Of a stretch of 48,243 nt of DNA, positions 24,270 through 33,377 are shown piece by piece. The stretch lies in sequence record PZ150741.1, one strand, 5' to 3'. Position 1 is the stretch's first letter. Each line of letters begins with the position of its first letter. The translations under genes and the position numbers were made by a program. The notes under the pieces were generated by a model. It was not told the origin of the DNA. It was given only the letters and a program-made list of their open reading frames with translations, and searched no databases. Source of the DNA: a phage.

Positions 24270-26815
24270 TCCTGCACTACACGCGAAACGCTGATGGCGC
24301 TTTCGACCGTACAAAACACGTCGGGATGCCGATGGAGTTTGTCGTTAACCGTATCCCTGACGGCGTGCCTGTGCGCGTCTACCTCGGCGAGATTGGTGAT
24401 GATACCGATGTAACTGACGATTTCGACGCGCTTAAAGATGAAGACGCTGTGTACCACATTATTGAGGGCGCAGGTAGCGGGGCGCTCGGTGCCGTTAGTA
24501 AGGTGTTCGGTTTTATCCTCAAGCCAATCGCTAAGTTGTTTGGGCTTAGCCAGACGTCTAACGCTAACTATACCGCGGTTAATAACCAGACAACATCACC
24601 GAACAACAGCCTAACCGACCGCTCCAACAAACCACGCCCGTATGAGCGGTCTTACGACATTTGCGGAACTGTGCAGACAATTCCTAACGACCTGATGCAG
24701 ACGTATAAGGCGTTCAACTCCACTGGTGCTTTGCTGGAGTATTCGTACTACGACGCGGGACGCGGGCATCTGCATATTGAGGCTGATGGTGTAACGGAAG
24801 GCGACACCCTGATAAGCGACATCACAGGCTCCTCTGTAGCCGTGTACGCACCGTATACTTCCCCGAACAATACCACATCTCCGCAGCTACAAATCGGCGA
24901 CGTCATTGACCAGAAACTCTATGTGACATACTCCAACGACGACGTTGACGGTATTGTACTAAAAGCGCCAAACGACATCGGGGCCAACCCAAGCGCCGGT
25001 GGCACAGCTAAACGTATTTCAACCACAGGCTACATCTATGACCCGTCGGGCGACTCTGCTTTTTCTGAATTTCTTAGCGTCGGCGATGTCGCGGTGCTGA
25101 GCAACTTTGACGTTAAGGACGTCACTAACCTGAACGGCTCGTTTGAGGTTTTATATGTCGACGACTTTGAGGTTCGGTTGTATGTCGGGAATATAGGTAA
25201 CTGGGGAAATCTTAATAGCGGAGAGACTTACGCACTTACAGAGCGTTCAGATACGTTTATCGGCCCGAGCAACACCTATGACGTATCCCTTACAGACTGG
25301 TATTACATGGTTCGCGGAGAGGTTGACCGTGTGCTCGCTAACGTCGCGGGGCAGAACGGCCTCTACAAATACGACGGTGGATATAACCGCACCAGCGTAA
25401 CTGTGGAACTCCAGTACCAAATGATTGATTCTCAGCGTAACCCGTTGAGCGATATTTACACGGTACGGGCTACAATTACGGGCAACAATACGGATTACGT
25501 CGGCACGTCCATTTATGGGCAGTTGCCTACTGCATCGCGTTTCCGCGCCCGTATGCGCCGTGTAACTAATTTCGATAAGGATTACGACGGGACCGTAAGT
25601 GATGAGATAACGTTCATCAACCTGTACGGGCAGTCTCTGGACACAACCCCGCATTACGGCAACCGAACTACCGTACATTGCGCCCGTAAACAGACACCGC
25701 GTGCGGCCAGTATTGACAACCCGGAACTGCGCATGATTGCCACCGAGATGTGCTACAAATACTTAGGTAGCGGCGTATTCGATACGGTAATGACCCCTAA
25801 TACGCAGGCGGTACAATCACTAATCCGCTTGGCTCGCGACCCCGCGGTGGGTAATCTGGAACTGACAACGGCAAACATGGACAAGTTACTTGCTGTTCAG
25901 GAAGAAATTGAGTCCTATTTCGGAAGTGAATTAGCTGGTCAGTTCTGCTACACATTTGACGACTACGACACAACCATGCAAGACATCGTTCAGACCATAG
26001 CGGAAGCTGTGTTCTGTACCGCGTACCGTAAAGGTGCGGATATTATGCTGCGCTTCGACCGTCCTGTCGCTGGGCCTGAAATGGTGTTCACCCACCGCAG
26101 TAAGACGACCGGTACGGAGAAATGGACGCGCACGTTCAATGATTCTACTACCTACGATAGCCTGTCGTTCTCGTACATAGACCCGGATACGAACGTACAG
26201 GAAACGATTTATATCCCGGAAGAACTCGGAGCGAACACCGAGGAATATGAATCGAAGGGCGTACGTAACTATCAGCAGGCATATTGGCTGGCGTGGCGAC
26301 GCTACCAGCGCAATGCATTAAGTAAAGTTGTCGTAGAGTTCGAAGCTACTGAAGAGGGGGCACTCGCCACACCGGGTGGCGTAATCAGTGTGGTCAAAGG
26401 CTCGCGTATCGCGCCGCAGGATGGCTATGTTGTTGCCGTTAATGGGCTTACGCTGACACTGTCACAGCCGGTTACGTTTACCCCCGGCGATGACCACTCC
26501 ATCATTCTTAAGAAGCGCGATGGTTCGGTGCAGAGTATCTCCGTTATCAAAGGAAGCCACGACCGCGAAGTGATTATGCTCTCTGCGCCGGAGGAGGCAA
26601 TCTACACGGGGAATAGCGCGCTAAAAACTGAGTTTTCATTCGGCAACGAAGCAAGGCATAATGCTCAGAAGATAGTTGTTTCTTCAATCGACCCGGGCGA
26701 CGACCGCACGGTCAAGATTACAGGCTACAACTATGACGACGGATTCTATAAATACGACGGCGTCGCGCCATACGGCAGCGGTTTCTCCGACGGATTCAGC
26801 AATGGCTTTAATTAA
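24260..26815 (+). CDS. tail tip / host-specificity protein (lambda J-like, putative)
   Basis: 851-aa ORF following M/L/K-like genes; start uncertain (TTG 24260 or ATG 24326). Confidence 0.5.
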   Translation: MAIILHYTRNADGAFDRTKHVGMPMEFVVNRIPDGVPVRVYLGEIGDDTDVTDDFDALKDEDAVYHIIEGAGSGALGAVSKVFGFILKPIAKLFGLSQTSNANYTAVNNQTTSPNNSLTDRSNKPRPYERSYDICGTVQTIPNDLMQTYKAFNSTGALLEYSYYDAGRGHLHIEADGVTEGDTLISDITGSSVAVYAPYTSPNNTTSPQLQIGDVIDQKLYVTYSNDDVDGIVLKAPNDIGANPSAGGTAKRISTTGYIYDPSGDSAFSEFLSVGDVAVLSNFDVKDVTNLNGSFEVLYVDDFEVRLYVGNIGNWGNLNSGETYALTERSDTFIGPSNTYDVSLTDWYYMVRGEVDRVLANVAGQNGLYKYDGGYNRTSVTVELQYQMIDSQRNPLSDIYTVRATITGNNTDYVGTSIYGQLPTASRFRARMRRVTNFDKDYDGTVSDEITFINLYGQSLDTTPHYGNRTTVHCARKQTPRAASIDNPELRMIATEMCYKYLGSGVFDTVMTPNTQAVQSLIRLARDPAVGNLELTTANMDKLLAVQEEIESYFGSELAGQFCYTFDDYDTTMQDIVQTIAEAVFCTAYRKGADIMLRFDRPVAGPEMVFTHRSKTTGTEKWTRTFNDSTTYDSLSFSYIDPDTNVQETIYIPEELGANTEEYESKGVRNYQQAYWLAWRRYQRNALSKVVVEFEATEEGALATPGGVISVVKGSRIAPQDGYVVAVNGLTLTLSQPVTFTPGDDHSIILKKRDGSVQSISVIKGSHDREVIMLSAPEEAIYTGNSALKTEFSFGNEARHNAQKIVVSSIDPGDDRTVKITGYNYDDGFYKYDGVAPYGSGFSDGFSNGFN

Positions 26816-26827
26816 AGAGGACTCTAT

Positions 26828-29194
26828 ATGTCAAGCGGATGCGGTGACGTTTTAAGCCTGGCGGATTTACAAACCGCCAAGAAGCACCAGATTTTTGAAG
26901 CTGAAGTTATCACAGGTAAATCTGGCGGAGTAGCCGGCGGTGCTGATATTGATTACGCGACAAACCAGGTTACAGGGCAGACCCAGAAGACGTTACCCGC
27001 CGTGTTGCGTGACGCGGGATTTTCTCCAGTGTCATGGGACTTTTCGACCGGCGGCACGCTAACTGTTAATGACCGCGACAAAGTTGTCTATGACCCGGTT
27101 AGCAAAACATGGTACTCGTACGCCGGCACTCTGCCTGTTACGGTTCCAGCTGGTTTTAACCCTGTGGGTAATGCGGATTGGAAACCGCAGACAGACCCCG
27201 ATTTGCGTCATGACATAAAAACTAACGGTCTTGACGGGGTTGTTATTACATCCGCAACGACGCAAGAAATATCCCTCCTTAATTTCACAAGTGGGAAAGT
27301 GCAGCTAACCGACAGAGACAATTGCTTGTTTGAAGTATTACCTCCTGGAACGGCAACGCCAGATGGGTATGCGTATTTGGGTATGCCTAACGGTTATGTT
27401 CTTGCGCTACTTGATTCAAATGGCTCTTACAATGTGCGCGGAGCTGGTGCTGTCGGAGATGGTTACAACGATGATGGTCTACCTATCGCAAGCCTTGTTA
27501 AAAGAGCGATGCAGACAAAAAAAGGGGATTTTGTATTTCCTGCAGTCGGCGCTGGGGAATCCTATGTCCTCAAGACCCCTGTAGATTTAATTTTTTCCAG
27601 TGCGACAATAGACCCGCCATCATTCACTTTTCGCGGGGTAGGTTCGGTTAATGGTCTCAGTATGCAGACTCGAATCGCCCACATTCGCGAAACGTACGGT
27701 ATAAAGCAGCGTAATATTGGAGCAACTTACCGTGACTTTCAGGCTATTGTATACTGCGGAGCACCTGCAAACATTATCAGCACCGGAGTTAACACCATTA
27801 CTCTGGACAGGAACCCATTCGGCGGAAATGGTGGCACCCCTGTAACATGGAATAGCACTGTTACTGCCGGAGATGGCACGCAGTATAGCTCTGGTTACGT
27901 CCAATTCGCGACAAACGCCGGTAGTTTTTATGCAAGCTCTTTCACGGATAATGGTGATGGAACATACACATTCGGCAATGTTAGACATGTAACATCTGCG
28001 TCAACCGACCTGACAACAAGCACACGAATTGTGCGTTTTTCATGCCGTGCACACTTTGAACCATCTGATGGCGGTAAATATCCAACCCCATCTGGTTATG
28101 CTGTTACCGCTGGTTTTATTTGGGCTGATACTCTTGAGAACATCCATATCGATCATGTTTGGTTTCTTCAACAGTTAAGATGTGTGGTACATGATTTGGG
28201 CGCTGGTGGCAGTGGTGATTCAGGGATAGGTAACATAGGTACTGTATCCAACGTAATCGTTGACGGGGCTTTCTCTTTTATGACCAACACCGATTTGTCG
28301 GCCTCGAGCGCACAGTCACTTAACGGCGGACATTTTTCCAACGTTCAGTTTTATTCTGTTAGGGCGCCATTTGTAGGGCGAAGAATACAGAATATTAACA
28401 TGGCTTCATTGCAATTATTTAGTTCAGATGGCCTGTTCTTTGCGCGTGATATTTCTCATGTGGCTATCCCAGGTGCAATATTGGGCTGGGACGGTACAAC
28501 AGGATTCTGTAAAAATATTGTTGTTTGTGAAAACATAGAAGATGCTAACTTCGGTTCATGTGTATTTGGGCGACACCAACACTCAACTCCAGTCATGACG
28601 TTTAACTCAGTTAACGGGCTATCTCTGGTCGGCGCAACACTCGGTACTGTATCTGAGGGTGCCACCGTCGGGGCGTGGATGTATGTAACAGGGAGCAACT
28701 ATAATATATCGGGGTTGAATATTTCAGTATCAATAGCGCACTTAACCGGTTCAGGAAGAAATGAATTGACGCTTTTAGCGGAAGATACGACAACAACTTC
28801 TGTTAACATGTTACGAAATAAATTTAGTTCTCGTGTTTATACAAATATCGCTAGAGACCTGAGAGATTACGACAGCACATCTGGTTTTTACGGTTATCTA
28901 TATTCAGGGGGCTCACCAAATGGTGGTTACAGCTTTGCTTTTAGTGTTGATGTATCTAGCTGGACACCATCTCTGAAAAGGAAGGCGATAAAACTTGGCG
29001 GGGCATTGACGTCTTCTGTGTCAAAAACTCTGCCAAGCGCCATAACTGAACCCGATAACGCTTCTGATTTTATAATAGATACCTCGTCTGTAGCACTTGG
29101 TTCTTACACGCTTACAGTATCAGGGTATACTTTAACCGCAGGAGTGCATGTGTTTAAGTGGGTCGGTTCATGGATACTGGTGTCCAGCAAATAA
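26828..29194 (+). CDS. tailspike / tail fiber protein with probable beta-helix receptor-binding domain
   Basis: 788-aa last late gene; N-terminal region resembles conserved siphovirus tailspike anchor domains; Gly/Ser/Thr/Asn-rich body. Confidence 0.55.
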   Translation: MSSGCGDVLSLADLQTAKKHQIFEAEVITGKSGGVAGGADIDYATNQVTGQTQKTLPAVLRDAGFSPVSWDFSTGGTLTVNDRDKVVYDPVSKTWYSYAGTLPVTVPAGFNPVGNADWKPQTDPDLRHDIKTNGLDGVVITSATTQEISLLNFTSGKVQLTDRDNCLFEVLPPGTATPDGYAYLGMPNGYVLALLDSNGSYNVRGAGAVGDGYNDDGLPIASLVKRAMQTKKGDFVFPAVGAGESYVLKTPVDLIFSSATIDPPSFTFRGVGSVNGLSMQTRIAHIRETYGIKQRNIGATYRDFQAIVYCGAPANIISTGVNTITLDRNPFGGNGGTPVTWNSTVTAGDGTQYSSGYVQFATNAGSFYASSFTDNGDGTYTFGNVRHVTSASTDLTTSTRIVRFSCRAHFEPSDGGKYPTPSGYAVTAGFIWADTLENIHIDHVWFLQQLRCVVHDLGAGGSGDSGIGNIGTVSNVIVDGAFSFMTNTDLSASSAQSLNGGHFSNVQFYSVRAPFVGRRIQNINMASLQLFSSDGLFFARDISHVAIPGAILGWDGTTGFCKNIVVCENIEDANFGSCVFGRHQHSTPVMTFNSVNGLSLVGATLGTVSEGATVGAWMYVTGSNYNISGLNISVSIAHLTGSGRNELTLLAEDTTTTSVNMLRNKFSSRVYTNIARDLRDYDSTSGFYGYLYSGGSPNGGYSFAFSVDVSSWTPSLKRKAIKLGGALTSSVSKTLPSAITEPDNASDFIIDTSSVALGSYTLTVSGYTLTAGVHVFKWVGSWILVSSK

Positions 29195-29195
29195 A

Positions 29196-29224
29196 ACTAA
29201 GGCCCCTTTCGGGGCCTTTTCTCT
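29196..29224. terminator. bidirectional terminator AAGGCCCC-TTTC-GGGGCCTT
   Basis: Third copy of the same hairpin; separates convergent late and replication blocks. Confidence 0.8.
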
Positions 29225-29360
29225 ACTCTTCTGTTAACTTCTCCAGTACAAACGCCAGTTGCGCATTAGCAGCATCTCTCTGTTGCCGTAGTCGTAGAAC
29301 CTCTTCCTCGAGTTCCTTGATACGTTTTTGCAATGCTGGAATCGGGGCTATGATGTTCAT
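29223..29360 (-). CDS. possible small coiled-coil protein (45 aa)
   Basis: ATG overlaps stop of Toprim gene (ATGA); ends at terminator; below track cutoff. Confidence 0.3.
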   Translation of the reverse strand: MNIIAPIPALQKRIKELEEEVLRLRQQRDAANAQLAFVLEKLTEE

Positions 29361-29872
29361 CTGGTAAATTTCCTCGCAAGATACGTTATTTCTTCTTTAC
29401 AAAGCTCATCAAGGTCGTTAGATACAAATCCTCTGGTGAATGTTTTGCTGAACTTTAATCCAGCTTTATCATTGTCCCCAGCGCACACCCAGTCATACGG
29501 CAAAAGTGACATTTGCTGCCGTAGGTCTGTTGGTATATTTGACCCAAGTGCGCTTACGGCATTGAACCCGCAATTCATCAAAGCAACAGCTTTAAATATG
29601 CTTTCGGTGACAAATACCACCCCGCTACTTGGCAGATACTCAAGTCCCCATAAACACGGCCTTGTTGTTCGGGTAAAGTACCGCGCGTCTTTAGGGTTTT
29701 TACAGTTCTTTTCCGCATGTGGCTTGTAATGCTGGTATCCTCGTAGCCTACCGTCAAAGCCCCACAAGTAGAATGTAGCGACGCCAGGGGCTAAGACTAC
29801 ACGTAAACGGTCTGCGTCAAAACCTCGTGACAGCAGATGCGCCTTAAGTAGAAACTCCTCACCGTCAGTCAT
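29357..29872 (-). CDS. Toprim-domain protein (primase/topoisomerase-like catalytic core)
   Basis: VFVTESIF Glu motif and CAGDNDKAG DxD motif at Toprim-typical spacing. Confidence 0.5.
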   Translation of the reverse strand: MTDGEEFLLKAHLLSRGFDADRLRVVLAPGVATFYLWGFDGRLRGYQHYKPHAEKNCKNPKDARYFTRTTRPCLWGLEYLPSSGVVFVTESIFKAVALMNCGFNAVSALGSNIPTDLRQQMSLLPYDWVCAGDNDKAGLKFSKTFTRGFVSNDLDELCKEEITYLARKFTR

Positions 29873-31293
29873 TTCTTACCTCGTCTCTTCATGTAATTAA
29901 GCAACTCTTCCTGTACCGATTTCTTCTCGTCTGTACGCGCGGCGACAACCTCGTCCAGCGTGTCTTTAGCCACGATGTGGTAGAGAAACACCGGGCGCTC
30001 GTGGCCCGCCTGTTTCTGGCGAACGGGGCCGATGCGCTCAACGACCTGCAAATAGTGCTCAAGGTTCCAGCCTTGCGAGATAAACGCCAGATGATGGCCG
30101 CCGTCCTGTAAATTCAAACCATGACCGGCTGACGCAGGGTGAACGCACAAAATCTCGATTTCACCACGGTTCCACGCTTCCATCTGCTTATTACCCTTAG
30201 CGCCTTTGGCAAACGCCTGCGCCTGTGGGAATCGCTTAAGGATGCGCTCAAGTTCGTGCTTGAACTGATAGGCCACCAGTAACGGTGCACCCTGTAGCTC
30301 CTCAACAATCGACTCCAGCGCATCCAGTTTCGTGTCGTGAACTTTCTCCCAGTCTTTGGTCGCTTCTCCGTCTGGCCCTGACACATACACGGCACCGGAC
30401 GCAATCTGCAGGCACTTCGACGTCTTCGCCGCAGCGTTAGCCGCTTCGACTTCCCCGCTCTCCAGTTCCGCGAATAACTTCTCCTCCATATCGATGTACG
30501 CCTGACGCGCTTTCTTCGGCAGGTCGATTTCAACCGGCACAATAATCGGCGCTTCGCAACCGAACCACTCTGCGGCGTCAATCGTAAGACTAATGTCCTT
30601 CATCTTCTGGTGAATTTCATTATCTGCGCCTGGGCGTGCATGATATTCACGCGCCATAGCTGACTTACCTTTCTGGACAGAGTTAAACCAGCGGTCGGTG
30701 AATGCCGTATATGAAGAACCGAGGCGCTCGCCTGCGTCAATAAACCAGTTCTGACCCCACAGGTCTTTGAGGCCGTTTGGTGATGGTGTGCCTGTCAGGT
30801 TAATGAACCGCTTAACCTTTCCGAACGCCACTTTGCTGAGCGCCTTAGCCCGCTTGCTACCCCCTGAACGGCTACGGAATGATTTTAGCTTCGTACTCTC
30901 GTCGGCGACGATAACCGTAAAAGGCCAGTCGTCTTTGCCGTAGTAGTCAATCAGCCACTCGATAACTTCGTAGTTAGTGCACACCACGTTAGCGTCTGAC
31001 TCCAGCGCCGCAATACGGCGTTTCTCCGAACCCGTTGCATCGACGACACGCAGGCACGGGAAACCCCACTTAGTTTGTTCTGCAGGCCACGTACCGGACG
31101 CAACACGTAACGGGGCGAGGATTAACACGCGGTCCTCTTCCGTAAGCTGACCGTTGCGGAACAGGCGGTTTAATGTCCACAGTACGCTGCCAGTCTTCCC
31201 GGCACCCATGCTCGCCCATATGTTGCAGCGATGGTGTTGCAACATGAACGAAGTCATGAGCTTCTGATATTCGCGCCTTTGAAACTTACCCAT
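29869..31293 (-). CDS. SNF2/DEAD-like superfamily 2 helicase
   Basis: Walker A MGAGKTGS, DExx box VADEST, C-terminal HPASAGHGLNLQ helicase motif VI-like. Confidence 0.8.
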   Translation of the reverse strand: MGKFQRREYQKLMTSFMLQHHRCNIWASMGAGKTGSVLWTLNRLFRNGQLTEEDRVLILAPLRVASGTWPAEQTKWGFPCLRVVDATGSEKRRIAALESDANVVCTNYEVIEWLIDYYGKDDWPFTVIVADESTKLKSFRSRSGGSKRAKALSKVAFGKVKRFINLTGTPSPNGLKDLWGQNWFIDAGERLGSSYTAFTDRWFNSVQKGKSAMAREYHARPGADNEIHQKMKDISLTIDAAEWFGCEAPIIVPVEIDLPKKARQAYIDMEEKLFAELESGEVEAANAAAKTSKCLQIASGAVYVSGPDGEATKDWEKVHDTKLDALESIVEELQGAPLLVAYQFKHELERILKRFPQAQAFAKGAKGNKQMEAWNRGEIEILCVHPASAGHGLNLQDGGHHLAFISQGWNLEHYLQVVERIGPVRQKQAGHERPVFLYHIVAKDTLDEVVAARTDEKKSVQEELLNYMKRRGKK

Positions 31294-32203
31294 TTACCAC
31301 CCCCATGAACGCCTTTATAAATTCAGCGGCTACTTGCGGGACGATGGCATTGCCGTAACCGCGCAATCGTCCCACTCTGGCGGGTATCCCATTAGCCAGC
31401 GGGAATGTGCCGGGTTCAACTGGCCGGAATTTCCCATCCCGGCAGCCGAGCCAGTCAGCATCTGACCAGAAGCCGTGATACGAATTGGTTGCGTTATCGC
31501 CGCCGCTTGTGCCACGTCTTGAGGTCCACCCTTCCTCTGAATCTCTGATAGCGCCCCCTCTAGTGTTCTCACGTTCTTTTCCCCGTCCGCACTGCGAGGA
31601 GTAGGCCAATTCGCTTTCCACACTTCCCGCCCCAACAGGCTGTTGGTAGGCACATTCAGGCATTCCTTCCCGTCTTTGTGGTCGCGCGTTGTTGGCGTCG
31701 GCCAATTCGTGCGCACCAAAGAAGAGTCGTTCTCTTTTGTGCGGAGCGCCGACGCTACAAGCTGGGAGTACGGCAAACCCGACGGCGTAGTCTTCTCCTT
31801 CCAGGTGAGCTTGTAAATCGCACATCCACGATTTTGCAATTGCTGGTGCAACCTGTTCCCCAAAGAGGACTGGAGGGCGGCACTCGCTGATGAGGTCGAG
31901 GAAAACTGGCGCGAGGTGTCTCGGGTCGAACTGCCCGAGTTGTTTTCCCGCCGCGCTAAACGGTTGGCAAGGCGGGCTTCCCGTCCAGAGAGGCGTATCT
32001 TCCGAAACTCCCGCAAGTCTGAGCGCGAGAGGCCAGCCGCCGATACCAGCGAAAAAATGACACTGGGTGAATCCGTCAAGGTCTTCTGGTCTAATTTCGG
32101 TAATGCTTCTTTCATCTACAACTCCAAAAGGTATATGACCCTGTTTTATTAGTTCGCGCAGCCACGCGGCTGCGCCTTTATCCCATTCGTTGTAATAGTT
32201 CAT
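31286..32203 (-). CDS. DNA (cytosine-5)-methyltransferase, compact
   Basis: Motif I FFAGIGGW, motif IV PPCQPFSAAG, ENV-like FGEQV, motif X YGNAIVPQVA. Confidence 0.75.
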   Translation of the reverse strand: MNYYNEWDKGAAAWLRELIKQGHIPFGVVDERSITEIRPEDLDGFTQCHFFAGIGGWPLALRLAGVSEDTPLWTGSPPCQPFSAAGKQLGQFDPRHLAPVFLDLISECRPPVLFGEQVAPAIAKSWMCDLQAHLEGEDYAVGFAVLPACSVGAPHKRERLFFGAHELADANNARPQRREGMPECAYQQPVGAGSVESELAYSSQCGRGKERENTRGGAIRDSEEGWTSRRGTSGGDNATNSYHGFWSDADWLGCRDGKFRPVEPGTFPLANGIPARVGRLRGYGNAIVPQVAAEFIKAFMGVVNG

Positions 32204-32391
32204 TTCGCCACCAGAACTAACTCTTTACGCCCGAATGCCGTAACGTTGCCCGTTACATCTTCGATAACCAGTTTACCGTTCGACTCGACGTACACCGTAT
32301 CAACGGCAACCGGCTGGCGGGTTTTAACGTTGAAAATCATGTCGCCTGGTACGATGTCACGTGCCGGTTTGCGGTCATATTCGTGTTTCAT
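32200..32391 (-). CDS. hypothetical small protein (63 aa)
   Basis: Track ORF, overlapping stop/start with methyltransferase gene. Confidence 0.45.
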   Translation of the reverse strand: MKHEYDRKPARDIVPGDMIFNVKTRQPVAVDTVYVESNGKLVIEDVTGNVTAFGRKELVLVAK

Positions 32392-32405
32392 TTCTCAATT
32401 CCTTA

Positions 32406-32699
32406 TCAGTATATTAATTCGTTTATTTTCTTATCCAGAGATTCTTTTGAGTAAAAGAAACCCATGTGTCTTCCTTTAAATACGAGCCTGTACACATTTT
32501 CCCCGTCTTCGGTAATAGAAAGGAAAACCTTACAACTAGTTCGGAACTCTCTTACTTTGTCACCAAACGCCAATTGCTCCCATTTTACTAAAGGAAATTC
32601 TTTTAACATATTAGTGTACAAGTCATTCGCGGTAGCCACTAAACCCGCATCTAACAGTACGGCGATTCTCTGTGCGTAATCTAAAAGGACCTTATTCAT
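32406..32699 (-). CDS. hypothetical protein (97 aa)
   Basis: Track ORF immediately downstream of near-consensus promoter. Confidence 0.5.
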   Translation of the reverse strand: MNKVLLDYAQRIAVLLDAGLVATANDLYTNMLKEFPLVKWEQLAFGDKVREFRTSCKVFLSITEDGENVYRLVFKGRHMGFFYSKESLDKKINELIY

Positions 32700-32729
32700 T
32701 TCTCAATTCCTTATATTGTTGGTGTACGG

Positions 32730-33014
32730 TTAACTATAATAGTTAGCTATTATGTCGTCAACCTGTTTAAACGAACCAACGACAAAAACATTCGCGCCAC
32801 GTTTACGCATCCGCTCATGTTCACGTAACTGGTGCGGGTCTGGCTTCGTGTTTTCATCTTTCTTAACCTCGACAAACCAGACGATGCCGTCGGGGAGGAT
32901 TACCAGCAGGTCGGGAGCGCCGGAGCGCCCCTCGTAGGAGAGTTTGCGAACGAGGCCCCCCAGGGCCTCGAATCGCTCTTTTGCGTATTTCTGTATTTTG
33001 CCTTCCGGGGTCAT
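32730..33014 (-). CDS. VRR-NUC domain nuclease (PD-(D/E)XK)
   Basis: Track ORF 32730-33029; motif PDLLVILPDG...FVEVKK; start probably ATG 33014. Confidence 0.6.
   Translation of the reverse strand: MTPEGKIQKYAKERFEALGGLVRKLSYEGRSGAPDLLVILPDGIVWFVEVKKDENTKPDPHQLREHERMRKRGANVFVVGSFKQVDDIIANYYS
32733..32761 (-). promoter_or_regulatory. sigma70-like promoter (TTGACG-17 bp-TATAGT)
   Basis: Reverse complement TTGACGACATAATAGCTAACTATTATAGT; member of leftward early promoter family. Confidence 0.65.
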
Positions 33015-33163
33015 GAGCGCAGAACCCAAGTAAGGAAAGCCCCTCCTAGAACGGCAACACCGACAAACTTAAAGAACAGGCCATAACAGAACATCGCAGC
33101 TATTCCAGCGCCGAGTAACAGTGCGAGCATGGCTACTATCGTCCAAAATACAAACATCGTCAT
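33011..33163 (-). CDS. possible 50-aa membrane peptide
   Basis: ATG at 33163; hydrophobic throughout; stop overlaps VRR-NUC start; below track cutoff. Confidence 0.25.
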   Translation of the reverse strand: MTMFVFWTIVAMLALLLGAGIAAMFCYGLFFKFVGVAVLGGAFLTWVLRS

Positions 33164-33245
33164 AATACACACCCCTCACGTTTTGTATGCTCAACCCCAC
33201 AGCGCGGGCAGATTCGGCAGTCTTCTTCATAAAACCAGTAAATTT

Positions 33246-33377
33246 TCATTCCAGCACCCACAGATAAATTGCGATGAACATGCCCAATATGGCAACCATC
33301 ATGCCGTATTGACCCTCGTGACAGTAGACACCGGCGGCGAATCCTGCCAGTACCGCGATAATCAGTTTACTTGGCAT
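33246..33377 (-). CDS. possible 43-aa membrane peptide
   Basis: ATG at 33377 overlaps 3' end of polymerase gene; hydrophobic. Confidence 0.2.
   Translation of the reverse strand: MPSKLIIAVLAGFAAGVYCHEGQYGMMVAILGMFIAIYLWVLE

Noticed and set aside
29158-29729. Plus-strand ORFs 29158-29367 and 29328-29729 downstream of the tailspike
   Set aside because: They cross a strong bidirectional terminator and run antisense to the Toprim gene; no RBS.
31330-32115. 261-aa ORF overlapping the methyltransferase gene on the same strand in another frame
   Set aside because: The overlapping frame 31286-32203 carries canonical C5-methyltransferase motifs; the alternative frame has no recognisable motifs.
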